A DNA stretch of 64,000 nucleotides from Haliotis cracherodii. Taxonomy: Eukaryota. Of the stretch, positions 40,701-48,876 are shown piece after piece. The position numbers and the translations under genes were made by a program. The stretch covers positions 22,010,001 to 22,074,000 of the forward strand of contig NW_027266343.1 in assembly GCF_022045235.1 (NCBI RefSeq), in the 5' to 3' direction. The stretch's first letter is position 1. Each line of letters opens with the position of its first letter. The notes below the pieces were generated by a model that was given only the letters and a program-made list of their open reading frames with translations, was not told the origin of the DNA and ran no database searches.

Positions 40701-43700
40701 CGGAGCAGATCTTGAAAACCGTACCATATTACTTCACCAAACTTGGCACATAGATAGATCTAGTGGTGAACTGGTGCCTTTTGATAGTTTGGGATTTAAA
40801 AAAAAAATATTTTTCGAGTTTCCATGGCAACGACTTTGATTTAGACTGAAAATGGCGTTAGTCCTGGTTTCCGGAGCAGATCTTGAAAACTACCATATTT
40901 CTTCACCAAACTTGGCACATAGATAGATCTAGTGGTGAACTGGTGCCTTTTGATAGTTTGAGATTTTTTTAAAAGTTATTTTTCGAGTTTCCATGGCAAC
41001 GACTTTGATTTAGACTGAAAATGGCGGTAGTCCTTGTTTCCGGAGCAGATCTTGAAAACCGTACCATATTTCGTCACCAAACTTGGCACATAGATAGATC
41101 TAGTGATGAACTGGTGTCTTTTGATAGTTTGGGATTTTTAAAAAAGTTATTTTTTGAGTTTCCATGGCAACGACTTTGATTTAGACTGAAAATGGCGTTA
41201 GTCCTGGTTTCCGGAGCAGATCTTGAAAAGTGTACCATATTTCTTCACCAAACTAGGCACATAGATAGATCCAGTGGTGAACTGGTGCCTTTTGATAATT
41301 TGAGATTTTTTTTAAAGTTTCCATGGCAACGACTTTGATTTAGACTGAAAATGGCGTTAGTCCTGGTTTCCGGAGCAGATCTTGAAAACTGTACCATATT
41401 TCTTCACCAAACATGGCACATAGATAGATCTAGTGGTGAACTGGTGCCTTTTGATAGTTTGGGATTTAAAAAAAAAATATTTTTCGAGTTTCCATGGCAA
41501 CGACTTTGATTTAGACTGAAAATGGCGTTAGTCCTGGTTTCCGGAGCAGATCTTGAAAACCGTACCATATTTCGTCACCAAACTTGGCACATAGATAGAT
41601 CTAGTGATGAACTGGTGTCTTTTGATAGTTTGGGATTTTTAAAAAAGTTATTTTTTGAGTTTCCATGGCAACGACTTTGATTTAGACTGAAAATGGCGGT
41701 AGTCCTTGTTTCCGGAGCAGATCTTGAAAAACGTACTATATTTCTTTACAAAAAGGCCCAGCGAACATAGTTCACAGAAGCTAATGCATTGTACACACCC
41801 GACATGTCATATTGGCGGGGGATGTGAGTATTTCATGCTTGTTTCTTCTAGCCTTAGCCAAAACAGGCAGAACAGTGGTAGAACATTTTTAGTCCACTAG
41901 TCCTTATAATGATAACATATAGCAGACCCCTTAAAAATGACAAATTTCTACTAGTCCCTATGATACCTTAACTATTGGGCAGTTTGGCAAGGATCACAGG
42001 ACTAGTGCCAATTTCTAACGTTGCAGAATGTCTGAGGTTCATGCAATTGATTTCTCACGTACTCGATTTGACAACGGCGAGAATGCATCAGCTCACTTCG
42101 ACCTGAGATGGGATTTTATCGCCAAGAATCAACTACCCAATCAGCCAGATGGACAGTTTCATATTCCACCACTGTCATTAATCCAGGGATCAGAGGACAC
42201 CGAGGATTTATTCCCTTGTCCAGTTCGAGCCTTTCGCATCTATCTACACAGGTAAAGCTCCAGATGACATAACCTAAGAAGATTGTTCATCCCATTATCT
42301 AGGAATAATACCACAGAGGTATCCAGAACAACCATTTTCTTCTGAATGAAAGCAGTAATCCTCAGAGTCAGAGCGGCAGTGCCCAGGTTGAACCCATTAC
42401 CAGCCGTAGGATTCAAGCAATAACTATGAGTCAGGATAAGATAAAATATGTAATTTTTGGGGTAAAATATTATTAATACTTATCCTGATTCATATGCTAA
42501 GGCGCCCACCCAGCTGTCCCCTCTTCCCCTCTTTCGGCTGAATTAACTACGTGAAATGAGAGAGTGACCGGGCTTCTGGTGTGTATGCGCAGTCTAGGGG
42601 TGCATTCGGGTGAGATATTTTCTCTGTTCTGGGAACAGAGTTCAGGAAGTTTCCACTACCTTTCTGAAATGAGTAGAGATAGGCAATAAGTATGGGTCAG
42701 GATAAGTATAAATAATATTTTTACCCTACAAAATACCTATTTCCCTTACTGTTCTCTGATTCCTCATTTCATTGCTTCCCACAGAGACTGGTGTTGGTCA
42801 CTGTTCTCTGATTCCTCATATCATTGTTGCCCACAGAGACTGGTGTTGGTCCCTGTTCTCTGATTCCTCATGTCATTAATGCCCACAGAGACTGGTGTTG
42901 GTCACTGTTCTCTGATTCCTCATGTCATTAATGCCCACAAAGGCTGGTGTTGGTCCCTGTTCTCTGATTCCTCATGTCATTGCTTCCCACAGAGACTGGT
43001 GTTGGTCCATGTTCTCTGATTCCTCATGTCATTGTTGCCCACAGAGGCTGGTGTTGGTCACTGTTCTCTGATTCCTCATGTCATTACTGCCCACAAAGGC
43101 TGGTGTTGGTCCGTGTTCTCTGATTCCTCATGTCATTAATGCCCACAAAGACTGGTGTTGGTCCCTGTTCTCTGATTCCTCATGTCATTGTTGCCCACAG
43201 AGACTGGTGTTGGTCACTGTTCTCTGATTCCTCATGTCATTACTGCCCACAAAGGCTGGTGTTGGTCACTGTTCACTGATTCCTCATGTCATTGTTGCCC
43301 ACAAAGGCTGGTGTTGGTCCCTGTTCTCTGATTCCTCATGTCATTACTGCCCACAAAGACTGGTGTTGGTCACTGTTCTCTGATTCCTCATGTCATTACT
43401 GCCCACAAAGGCTGGTGTTGGTCACTGTTCTCTGATTCCTCATGTCATTGTTGCCCACAGAGGCTGGTGTTGGTCCCTGTTCACTGATTCCTCATGTCAT
43501 TACTGCCCACAAAGACTGGTGTTGGTCCCTGTTCTCTGATTCCTCATGTCATTACTGCCCACAGAGACTGGTGTTGGTCAATGTTCTCTGATTCCTCATG
43601 TCATTACTGCCCACAAAGGCTGGTGTTGGTCACTGTTCTCTGATTCCTCATGTCATTGTTGCCCACAGAGACTGGTGTTGGTCACTGTTCTCTGATTCCT

Positions 43701-46700
43701 CATGTCATTAATGCCCACAAAGGCTGGTGTTGGTCCCTGTTCTCTGATTCCTCATGTCATTGCTTCCCACAAAGACTGGTGTTGGTCCCTGTTCACTGAT
43801 TCCTCATGTCATTAATGCCCACAAAGGCTGGTGTTGGTCACTGTTCTCTGATTCCTCATGTCATTAATGCCCACAAAGACTGGTGTTGGTCCCTGTTCAC
43901 TGATTCCTCATGTCATTAATGCCCACAAAGGCTGGTGTTGGTCACTGTTCTCTGATTCCTCATGTCATTAATGCCCACAAAGACTGGTGTTGGTCCCTGT
44001 TCACTGATTCCTCATGTCATTAATGCCCACAGAGACTGGTGTTGGTCCCTGTTCTCTGATTCCTCATGTCATTAATGCCCACAGAGACTGGTGTTGGTCA
44101 CTGTTCTCTGATTCCTCATGTCATTGTTGCCCACAGAGACTGGTGTTGGTCAATGTTCTCTGATTCCTCATGTCATTACTGCCCACAAAGGCTGGTGTTG
44201 GTCACTGTTCTCTGATTCCTCATGTTATTACTGCCCACAAAGGCTGGTGTTGGTCACTGTTCTCTGATTCCTCATGTCATTGTTGCCCACAAAGGCTGGT
44301 GTTGGTCCCTGTTCTCTGATTCCTCATGTCATTGCTTCCCACAGAGACTGGTGTTGGTCCCTGTTCTCTGATTCCTCATGTCATTACTGCCCACAAAGGC
44401 TGGTGTTGGTCACTGTTCTCTGATTCCTCATGTTATTACTGCCCACAGAGACTGGTGTTGGTCAATGTTCTCTGATTCCTCATGTCATTGCTTCCCACAG
44501 AGACTGGTGTTGGTCACTGTTCTCTGATTCCTCATGTCATTACTGCCCACAAAGACTGGTGTTGGTCCCTGTTCTCTGATTCCTCATGTCATTACTGCCC
44601 ACAGAGACTGGTGTTGGTCACTGTTCTCTGATTCCTCATGTCATTGTTGCCCACAGAGACTGGTGTTGGTCAATGTTCTCTGATTCCTCATGTCATTACT
44701 GCCCACAAAGGCTGGTGTTGGTCACTGTTCTCTGATTCCTCATGTTATTACTGCCCACAAAGGCTGGTGTTGGTCACTGTTCTCTGATTCCTCATGTCAT
44801 TGTTGCCCACAAAGGCTGGTGTTGGTCCCTGTTCTCTGATTCCTCATGTCATTGCTTCCCACAGAGACTGGTGTTGGTCCCTGTTCTCTGATTCCTCATG
44901 TCATTACTGCCCACAAAGGCTGGTGTTGGTCACTGTTCTCTGATTCCTCATGTTATTACTGCCCACAGAGACTGGTGTTGGTCAATGTTCTCTGATTCCT
45001 CATGTCATTGCTTCCCACAGAGACTGGTGTTGGTCACTGTTCTCTGATTCCTCATGTCATTACTGCCCACAAAGACTGGTGTTGGTCCCTGTTCTCTGAT
45101 TCCTCATGTCATTACTGCCCACAGAGACTGGTGTTGGTCAATGTTCTCTGATTCCTCATGTCATTACTGCCCACAAAGGCTGGTGTTGGTCACTGTTCTC
45201 TGATTCCTCATGTCATTGTTGCCCACAGAGACTGGTGTTGGTCACTGTTCTCTGATTCCTCATGTCATTAATGCCCACAAAGGCTGGTGTTGGTCCCTGT
45301 TCTCTGATTCCTCATGTCATTGCTTCCCACAAAGACTGGTGTTGGTCCCTGTTCACTGATTCCTCATGTCATTAATGCCCACAAAGGCTGGTGTTGGTCA
45401 CTGTTCTCTGATTCCTCATGTCATTAATGCCCACAAAGACTGGTGTTGGTCCCTGTTCACTGATTCCTCATGTCATTAATGCCCACAAAGGCTGGTGTTG
45501 GTCACTGTTCTCTGATTCCTCATGTCATTAATGCCCACAAAGACTGGTGTTGGTCCCTGTTCACTGATTCCTCATGTCATTAATGCCCACAGAGACTGGT
45601 GTTGGTCCCTGTTCTCTGATTCCTCATGTCATTAATGCCCACAGAGACTGGTGTTGGTCACTGTTCTCTGATTCCTCATGTCATTGTTGCCCACAGAGAC
45701 TGGTGTTGGTCAATGTTCTCTGATTCCTCATGTCATTACTGCCCACAAAGGCTGGTGTTGGTCACTGTTCTCTGATTCCTCATGTTATTACTGCCCACAA
45801 AGGCTGGTGTTGGTCACTGTTCTCTGATTCCTCATGTCATTGTTGCCCACAAAGGCTGGTGTTGGTCCCTGTTCTCTGATTCCTCATGTCATTGCTTCCC
45901 ACAAAGGCTGGTGTTGGTCACTGTTCTCTGATTCCTCATGTCATTGTTGCCCACAAAGGCTGGTGTTGGTCACTGTTCTCTGATTCCTCATGTCATTAAT
46001 GCCCACAGAGACTGGTGTTGGTCCCTGTTCTCTGATTCCTCATGTCATTGTTGCCCACAAAGGCTGGTGTTGGTCCCTGTTCTCTGATTCCTCATGTCAT
46101 TAATGCCCACAAAGACTGGTGTTGGTCCCTGTTCTCTGATTCCTCATGTCATTAATGCCCACAAAGGCTGGTGTTGGTCACTGTTCACTGATTCCTCATG
46201 TCATTGTTGCCCACAAAGGCTGGTGTTGGTCCCTGTTCACTGATTCCTCATGTCATTACTGCCCACAAAGGCTGGTGTTGGTCCCTGTTCTCTGATTCCT
46301 CATGTCATTGTTGCCCACAAAGGCTGGTGTTGGTCACTGTTCTCTGATTCCTCATGTCATTAATGCCCACAGAGACTGGTGTTGGTCCCTGTTCTCTGAT
46401 TCCTCATGTCATTGTTGCCCACAAAGGCTGGTGTTGGTCCCTGTTCTCTGATTCCTCATGTCATTAATGCCCACAGAGACTGGTGTTGGTCACTGTTCTC
46501 TGATTCCTCATGTCATTGTTGCCCACAAAGGCTGGTGTTGGTCACTGTTCTCTGATTCCTCATGTCATTAATGCCCACAGAGACTGGTGTTGGTCACTGT
46601 TCTCTGATTCCTCATGTCATTGTTGCCCACAAAGGCTGGTGTTGGTCACTGTTCTCTGATTCCTCATGTCATTGCTGCCCACAAAGGCTGGTGTTGGTCA

Positions 46701-48876
46701 CTGTTCACTGATTCCTCATGTCATTGTTGCCCACAAAGGCTGGTGTTGGTCCCTGTTCACTGATTCCTCATGTCATTGTTGCCCACAAAGGCTGGTGTTG
46801 GTCCCTGTTCTCTGATTCCTCATGTCATTAATGCCCACAAAGACTGGTGTTGGTCCCTGTTCTCTGATTCCTCATGTCATTGTTGCCCACAAAGGCTGGT
46901 GTTGGTCACTGTTCTCTGATTCCTCATGTCATTGTTGCCCACAAAGGCTGGTGTTGGTCCCTGTTCTCTGATTCCTCATGTCATTGTTGCCCACAAAGAC
47001 TGGTGTTGGTCCCTGTTCTCTGATTCCTCATGTCATTAATGCCCACAAAGGCTGGTGTTGGTCACTGTTCACTGATTCCTCATGTCATTGTTGCCCACAA
47101 AGGCTGGTGTTGGTCCCTGTTCACTGATTCCTCATGTCATTACTGCCCACAAAGGCTGGTGTTGGTCCCTGTTCTCTGATTCCTCATGTCATTGTTGCCC
47201 ACAGAGACTGGTGTTGGTCACTGTTCTCTGATTCCTCATGTCATTACTTCCCACAAAGGCTGGTGTTGGTCCCTGTTCTCTGATTCCTCATGTCATTGTT
47301 GCCCACAGAGACTGGTGTTGGTCCGTGTTCTCTGATTCCTCATGTCATTACTGCCCACAAAGACTGGTGTTGGTCCCTGTTCTCTGATTCCTCATGTCAT
47401 TACTGCCCACAAAGGCTGGTGTTGGTCCCTGTTCTCTGATTTCTCATGTCATTGTTGCCCACAAAGACTGGTGTTGGTCCGTGTTCTCTGATTCCTCATG
47501 TCATTCTTGCCCACAAAGACTGGTGTTGGTCCGTGTTATCTGATTCCTCATGTCATTAATGCCCACAAAGACTGGTGTTGGTCCTTGTTCTCTGATTCCT
47601 CATGTCATTGTTGCCCACAGAGACTGGTGTTGGTGATGAGAAAGCGAAGAAGCTAGCCAAAGAGTTACGTGTTGGCATCAAACGAGCTAAATCTTCCCTG
47701 ACTACAGCCCAAGATGACTCCGAGGAAGAATATGGTAAGTGAACATGTGCTTAAATCAGTGAAAAAGAAAATTGAATAAACAAATAAATGTGTTTACTGA
47801 ATGAGAATTTCTGTGTTCAACATATCCTTAGATGTATAGCCATTCAACTGGGGGAAAGGTCAAGGTGGGAAAAGGACTCTTTTTGTCCACTAGAAATATT
47901 GCAGAAACTTGTAATGATAGTATAAAAATTATCAGCCATGTTCAATGGTTGGCAACCAGCCTTTTGTCTTTGTTATACCTGCAAGGTTATACTTCTGAAT
48001 TCTTTAAGTACTAAAGAATAGCTAAAACGAGCAAAAAATAGTATTTTTTCAAATTTTAAAATATAATCAAACTTTGAGCAAGTCTGTGACCCTTGATGAA
48101 TGTTTTACCATATGTTTGTAATGTTATTATTTACTTCTCCTGAGAAAGACAACTGATGTTCAAATATGTATAAAATGCAAACTAAAAACCTCTCAAATCA
48201 ACCTTTTCAACACATTTTCACTTTAGTATACATTTGGTGTTGTTATAAACAAACAAAGTACAAACAAACAAGTGTTGACATAAACAAAGTCTAGTTCTCA
48301 TCAATATGAACACATGAAAACTTTCATATATATTTCTCAAAAGTTTGCTAAAGTAATTTCTTAAGTTACGTAGAACCTGTAGGCCAAAATGGGCCTTGCT
48401 AATCCTTTCATGTGAAATAGTCTGTATTAAGAAACTCCATACTTACCGGGGAAATGCCTCCTACCGCTGTAGTTACTCAAAATATATACTTTGTATCCAA
48501 GAGTTAAAAACTCATGAAATTGTAACTGCCTGTTCTGTTAATTTCTTTCTACAGTGGTTTTAACATACATATTAAGATGAAACACCTATCATGAATTAAA
48601 CCAGCACATTCCGATGTGTAGTGTCTTGCTGTCACAGTGCAGTAGGTCATGGTACTTGCTGCATGTGCATGCTGTGTAGCAGCATGGCTGATGTTTGTGT
48701 ATGTTTGGCCAGGTTTGCAAAGGCAGCGCACTGATCCAGATGGGTTAACTCTCGACTACAAGACCCAGGTGCCGCGTCCAGCCAGCAGCAAGAAGAAGAA
48801 AGGGTTGAAGGCCAGAGCTCAACCTGCCTTCGTTGAGAACTACGGCTACAGGAACGAAGATGATGATGATTTCTAG
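4643..48876 (+). CDS. EVC2: Limbin/EVC2-like (Ellis-van Creveld family) coiled-coil protein; 5'-partial, 21 coding exons, ~820 aa in window
   Basis: Manually spliced exons: 4643-4727, 5910-6062, 7272-7361, 8405-8479, 9194-9277, 9461-9677, 10143-10291, 15854-15952, 17830-17971, 18113-18180, 19913-20022, 20129-20218, 21024-21147, 21361-21507, 22913-22975, 23232-23410, 35383-35451, 37136-37286, 38387-38477, 47621-47734, 48713-48876. All are AG/GT bounded, all phases join, and there is no internal stop before TAG at 48874-48876. The Q/E/K/R/L-rich heptad protein is colinear, by recall, with the EVC2 cytoplasmic region (e.g. DLDDERELLLLRCLDGLMKTLV; LAEKLQQRRQRRMHKLAEKQ; LLTQLAAVSGMS; basic C-terminal patch). 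The gene model is strong; EVC2 versus EVC identity is unverified. Confidence 0.75.
4958..5224 (-). mobile_element. Nin-domain-like SINE
   Basis: Reverse complement of the SINE body, starting GACCCGTGAAGA. Confidence 0.8.
5910..6062 (+). CDS. EVC2-like exon (LLLRCLDG...RQEAEE)
   Basis: ttgcag| ... |gtaact, phase 0->0. Confidence 0.9.
6344..7252. repeat. 44-bp minisatellite (~20 copies)
   Basis: Unit gtagtgttg(c/t)tga(g/a)ctcttacatg(a/t)cacttcccaggtatctgct; degenerate shorter precursors from ~6210; ends ~20 nt before the acceptor at 7271. Confidence 0.97.
7272..7361 (+). CDS. EVC2-like exon (EAKNNSK...ASSKQ)
   Basis: ttgcag| ... |gtatac, phase 0->0. Confidence 0.85.
7392..8165 (-). mobile_element. 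Nin-domain-like SINE interrupted by a DNA-transposon insertion
   Basis: SINE body at 7392-7646 resumes at 8140-8165 (attctaccccagaatcttcacgggtc). Confidence 0.8.
7647..8139 (-). mobile_element. Non-autonomous long-TIR DNA transposon, AcademH-like
   Basis: ~90-100-bp imperfect TIRs (CAATCTCATT...); exact 9-bp TSD ATTCTACCC at 7638-7646 and 8140-8148; internal - strand peptide FSITNLKPEQTNILEWLIDGLDC resembling a RecQ-type helicase Q-motif. Confidence 0.7.
8405..8479 (+). CDS. EVC2-like exon (NRLQREQ...MSEAE)
   Basis: gttcag| ... |gtaatt, phase 0->0. Confidence 0.85.
9194..9277 (+). CDS. EVC2-like exon (VEALMEK...ARQRR)
   Basis: gtccag| ... |gtaagc, phase 0->0. Confidence 0.9.
9461..9677 (+). 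CDS. EVC2-like exon (ALQERLAKRR...AHYNK)
   Basis: ttgtag| ... |gtaaca, phase 0->1. Confidence 0.9.
10143..10291 (+). CDS. EVC2-like exon (EAVRQQESLAEKLQQRR...EFIQ)
   Basis: ttgtag| ... |gtagcc, phase 1->0. Confidence 0.9.
10435..14692 (+). mobile_element. Decayed DIRS1-type tyrosine-recombinase retrotransposon (internally deleted)
   Basis: Inverted terminal repeats ~10435-10630 and ~14505-14692; internal complementary region near 14380 (gcattaaggagtaatg); Cys-rich gag-like ORF 11239-11535; frameshifted RT motifs 13630-14270 (GFYLPIFLVAK, DYMVRLDLQDAYLHV, FIDDC). Confidence 0.85.
14843..15081 (+). mobile_element. tRNA-derived SINE (same family as 25071), B-box region deleted
   Basis: Aligns with 25071-25347 apart from a deletion over ggttcgaatcc. 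Confidence 0.75.
15854..15952 (+). CDS. EVC2-like exon (GYHKLMCHQH...DKVTK)
   Basis: atacag| ... |gtgagg, phase 0->0. Confidence 0.85.
17830..17971 (+). CDS. EVC2-like exon (GLREQEL...MDNYN)
   Basis: ttgcag| ... |gtcagt, phase 0->1. Confidence 0.9.
18113..18180 (+). CDS. EVC2-like exon (GRKQKERQ...AYRLQ)
   Basis: tttcag| ... |gtcagt, phase 1->0. Confidence 0.9.
18224..19918. repeat. 38-bp (36-40) minisatellite (~44 copies) filling an intron and containing the acceptor
   Basis: Unit gttgtgtgtctaggttatatgacactggtgtgttgcag; the last unit supplies the real acceptor at 19912. Confidence 0.97.
19913..20022 (+). CDS. EVC2-like exon (VVSDQEQ...IELSL)
   Basis: ttgcag| ... |gtgagt, phase 0->2; the acceptor lies in the last unit of the 38-bp array. 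Confidence 0.88.
20129..20218 (+). CDS. EVC2-like exon (ARERILKEH...MRQQK)
   Basis: gaacag| ... |gtgagt, phase 2->2. Confidence 0.88.
21024..21147 (+). CDS. EVC2-like exon (LEVKLNQRR...LEQQL)
   Basis: ttccag| ... |gtgggt, phase 2->0. Confidence 0.88.
21361..21507 (+). CDS. EVC2-like exon (AAEMSVEE...IGRLQ)
   Basis: ttgtag| ... |gtaacc, phase 0->0. Confidence 0.9.
22913..22975 (+). CDS. EVC2-like exon (VGQARRQ...MKELQ)
   Basis: gtacag| ... |gtaaac, phase 0->0. Confidence 0.9.
23232..23410 (+). CDS. EVC2-like exon (DQLERRM...RHMKE)
   Basis: ccacag| ... |gtcagt, phase 0->2. Confidence 0.9.
25071..25347 (+). mobile_element. Full-length tRNA-derived SINE with 16-bp TSD
   Basis: A-box-like TGGCCCAGTCGTCT, B-box GGTTCGAATCC, (ACTC)n tail; TSD TCTTTGCTTTGGGGGG at 25055-25070 and 25348-25363. 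Confidence 0.85.
26166..27332 (-). mobile_element. Tigger/pogo-family DNA transposon relic
   Basis: CENP-B-like HTH start MRKAYTVQEKLDIV at 26850; FKASDGWFWRF and IYNADETGLYYRMLP motifs in ORF 26189-26671; DDE C-terminus deleted; left end TA-CACTGGTCCCTCG; right TIR only weakly recognisable. Confidence 0.85.
27603..27925. repeat. Short imperfect tandem repeats in the Ngaro 3' region
   Basis: Recurrent ttgccaagcaacccatgttgct (~57-bp period) and gctgtaaagc motifs. Confidence 0.7.
28095..28619 (-). pseudogene. SGNH/GDSL hydrolase ORF of the Ngaro element (frameshifted)
   Basis: Blocks VWLIGSSF, RGGMRWEEL, VVIHLGSN, CSDMLPR and HGVHLSPGG spread over three frames. Confidence 0.8.
28660..29200 (-). 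pseudogene. Ngaro tyrosine recombinase, internally deleted
   Basis: SLAANTWATY N-terminal domain, LCPV, HSFRIGAAT, GRWGSECYKSY; the box-I Arg region is missing. Confidence 0.85.
29196..31012 (-). pseudogene. Ngaro pol: reverse transcriptase + RNase H (one frameshift near 29550)
   Basis: RLIHHLSYP, AKFDVKSAFR, CLPFGCSIS, HYLDDFL, FTDAAS; continues in ORF 29196-29558 as LELFPIV, FCDNQAVV, NIIADALSR. Confidence 0.92.
30798..31509 (-). pseudogene. Ngaro gag-like ORF, C-terminal part (frameshifted)
   Basis: GEFVELTTLLP, WTSAFHIY, GWLNYDQQFR, CCCH/CCHC knuckle CWDYN...C...CKFIHKCSNCGEQHPAYSC. Confidence 0.8.
32736..33001 (+). mobile_element. Nin-domain-like SINE
   Basis: Starts gacctgtgaagac..gggtagaataggtc; same body and tail as the other copies. 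Confidence 0.8.
33086..33248. other. Assembly gap (N run)
   Basis: Run of N characters. Confidence 1.
33508..33897. repeat. Ectopic block (~9 copies) of the 45-bp minisatellite
   Basis: Same unit and diagnostic variants as 35480-36280. Confidence 0.95.
34797..34960. repeat. ~160-bp foldback palindrome (MITE-like)
   Basis: aaagtagaca...cttctttatttac...agatccttat paired with ataaggatct...gtaaataaagaag...tgtctacttt. Confidence 0.8.
35383..35451 (+). CDS. EVC2-like exon (QLETQIEEE...QHGA)
   Basis: ttccag| ... |gtgagc, phase 2->2. Confidence 0.85.
35478..37155. repeat. 45-bp then 42-bp minisatellite (~39 copies) spanning an acceptor and exon start
   Basis: Unit ac(g/a)tgctagtggtgtactgattacataggcc(t/a)tgtgtt(gtt)acag; switch to 42 bp at ~36280. 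Confidence 0.97.
37136..37286 (+). CDS. EVC2-like exon (RTSGVLMHIL...QKELE)
   Basis: ttacag| ... |gtgaga, phase 2->0; the first ~20 nt belong to the 42/45-bp repeat unit. Confidence 0.88.
37569..37725 (-). mobile_element. ~150-bp MITE (inverted copy of 41873-42023)
   Basis: High reverse-complement similarity to 41873-42023; ends cagcattagaa / ttctaccgctg. Confidence 0.75.
38387..38477 (+). CDS. EVC2-like exon (SHKQQLLTQL...AAAT)
   Basis: tttcag| ... |gtgaga, phase 0->1. Confidence 0.88.
40625..41843 (+). mobile_element. Helentron-associated MITE (HINE) with ~6 tandem 170-bp units
   Basis: 5' ttatcccccgcc...gggggata hairpin, (gtcc)-type microsatellite, tandem units, 3' ggcgggggat; inserted at a TT inside the DIRS YR. 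Confidence 0.85.
41873..42023 (+). mobile_element. ~150-bp MITE with 5-bp TSD CAGAA
   Basis: Ends cagtggtagaa / ttctaacgttg; removing it plus one CAGAA restores the YR reading TGRMSEVH. Confidence 0.8.
42748..47634. repeat. 52-bp minisatellite (~94 copies, 4.9 kb) spanning an acceptor and exon start
   Basis: Unit ctgttctctgattcctcatgtcatt(gt/aa/ac)tgcccaca(g/a)ag(a/g)ctggtgttggtc(a/c); the last unit provides the acceptor at 47620. Confidence 0.98.
47621..47734 (+). CDS. EVC2-like exon (ETGVGDEKAKK...EEEY)
   Basis: ccacag| ... |gtaagt, phase 1->1; the first 14 nt belong to the 52-bp repeat unit. Confidence 0.88.
48713..48876 (+). CDS. EVC2-like terminal coding exon (GLQRQRT...NEDDDDF*)
   Basis: ggccag|, phase 1, ends at TAG; tail of ORF 48649-48876. 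Confidence 0.85.

Larger units (their letters stand above)
38840..42742 (+). mobile_element. Decayed DIRS1-type element(s), composite, with nested HINE, MITE and SINE tail
   Basis: 39000-39480 is homologous to the 5' end of the 10.4-kb DIRS. RNaseH/MT-like RHIQG...ADILS...TEWML...DLFAT at 39980-40150. YR pieces STRNLYNDKW, FLLALAKTGRMSEVHA, CPVRA. ICR/terminus pattern caggataag...acttatcctg...caggataagt at 42430-42742. Confidence 0.8.

Noticed and set aside
42748-47634. Regular short repeats resembling a CRISPR array (also the other arrays)
   Set aside because: Units are contiguous with no unique spacers, there are no cas genes, and the context is eukaryotic and intronic.
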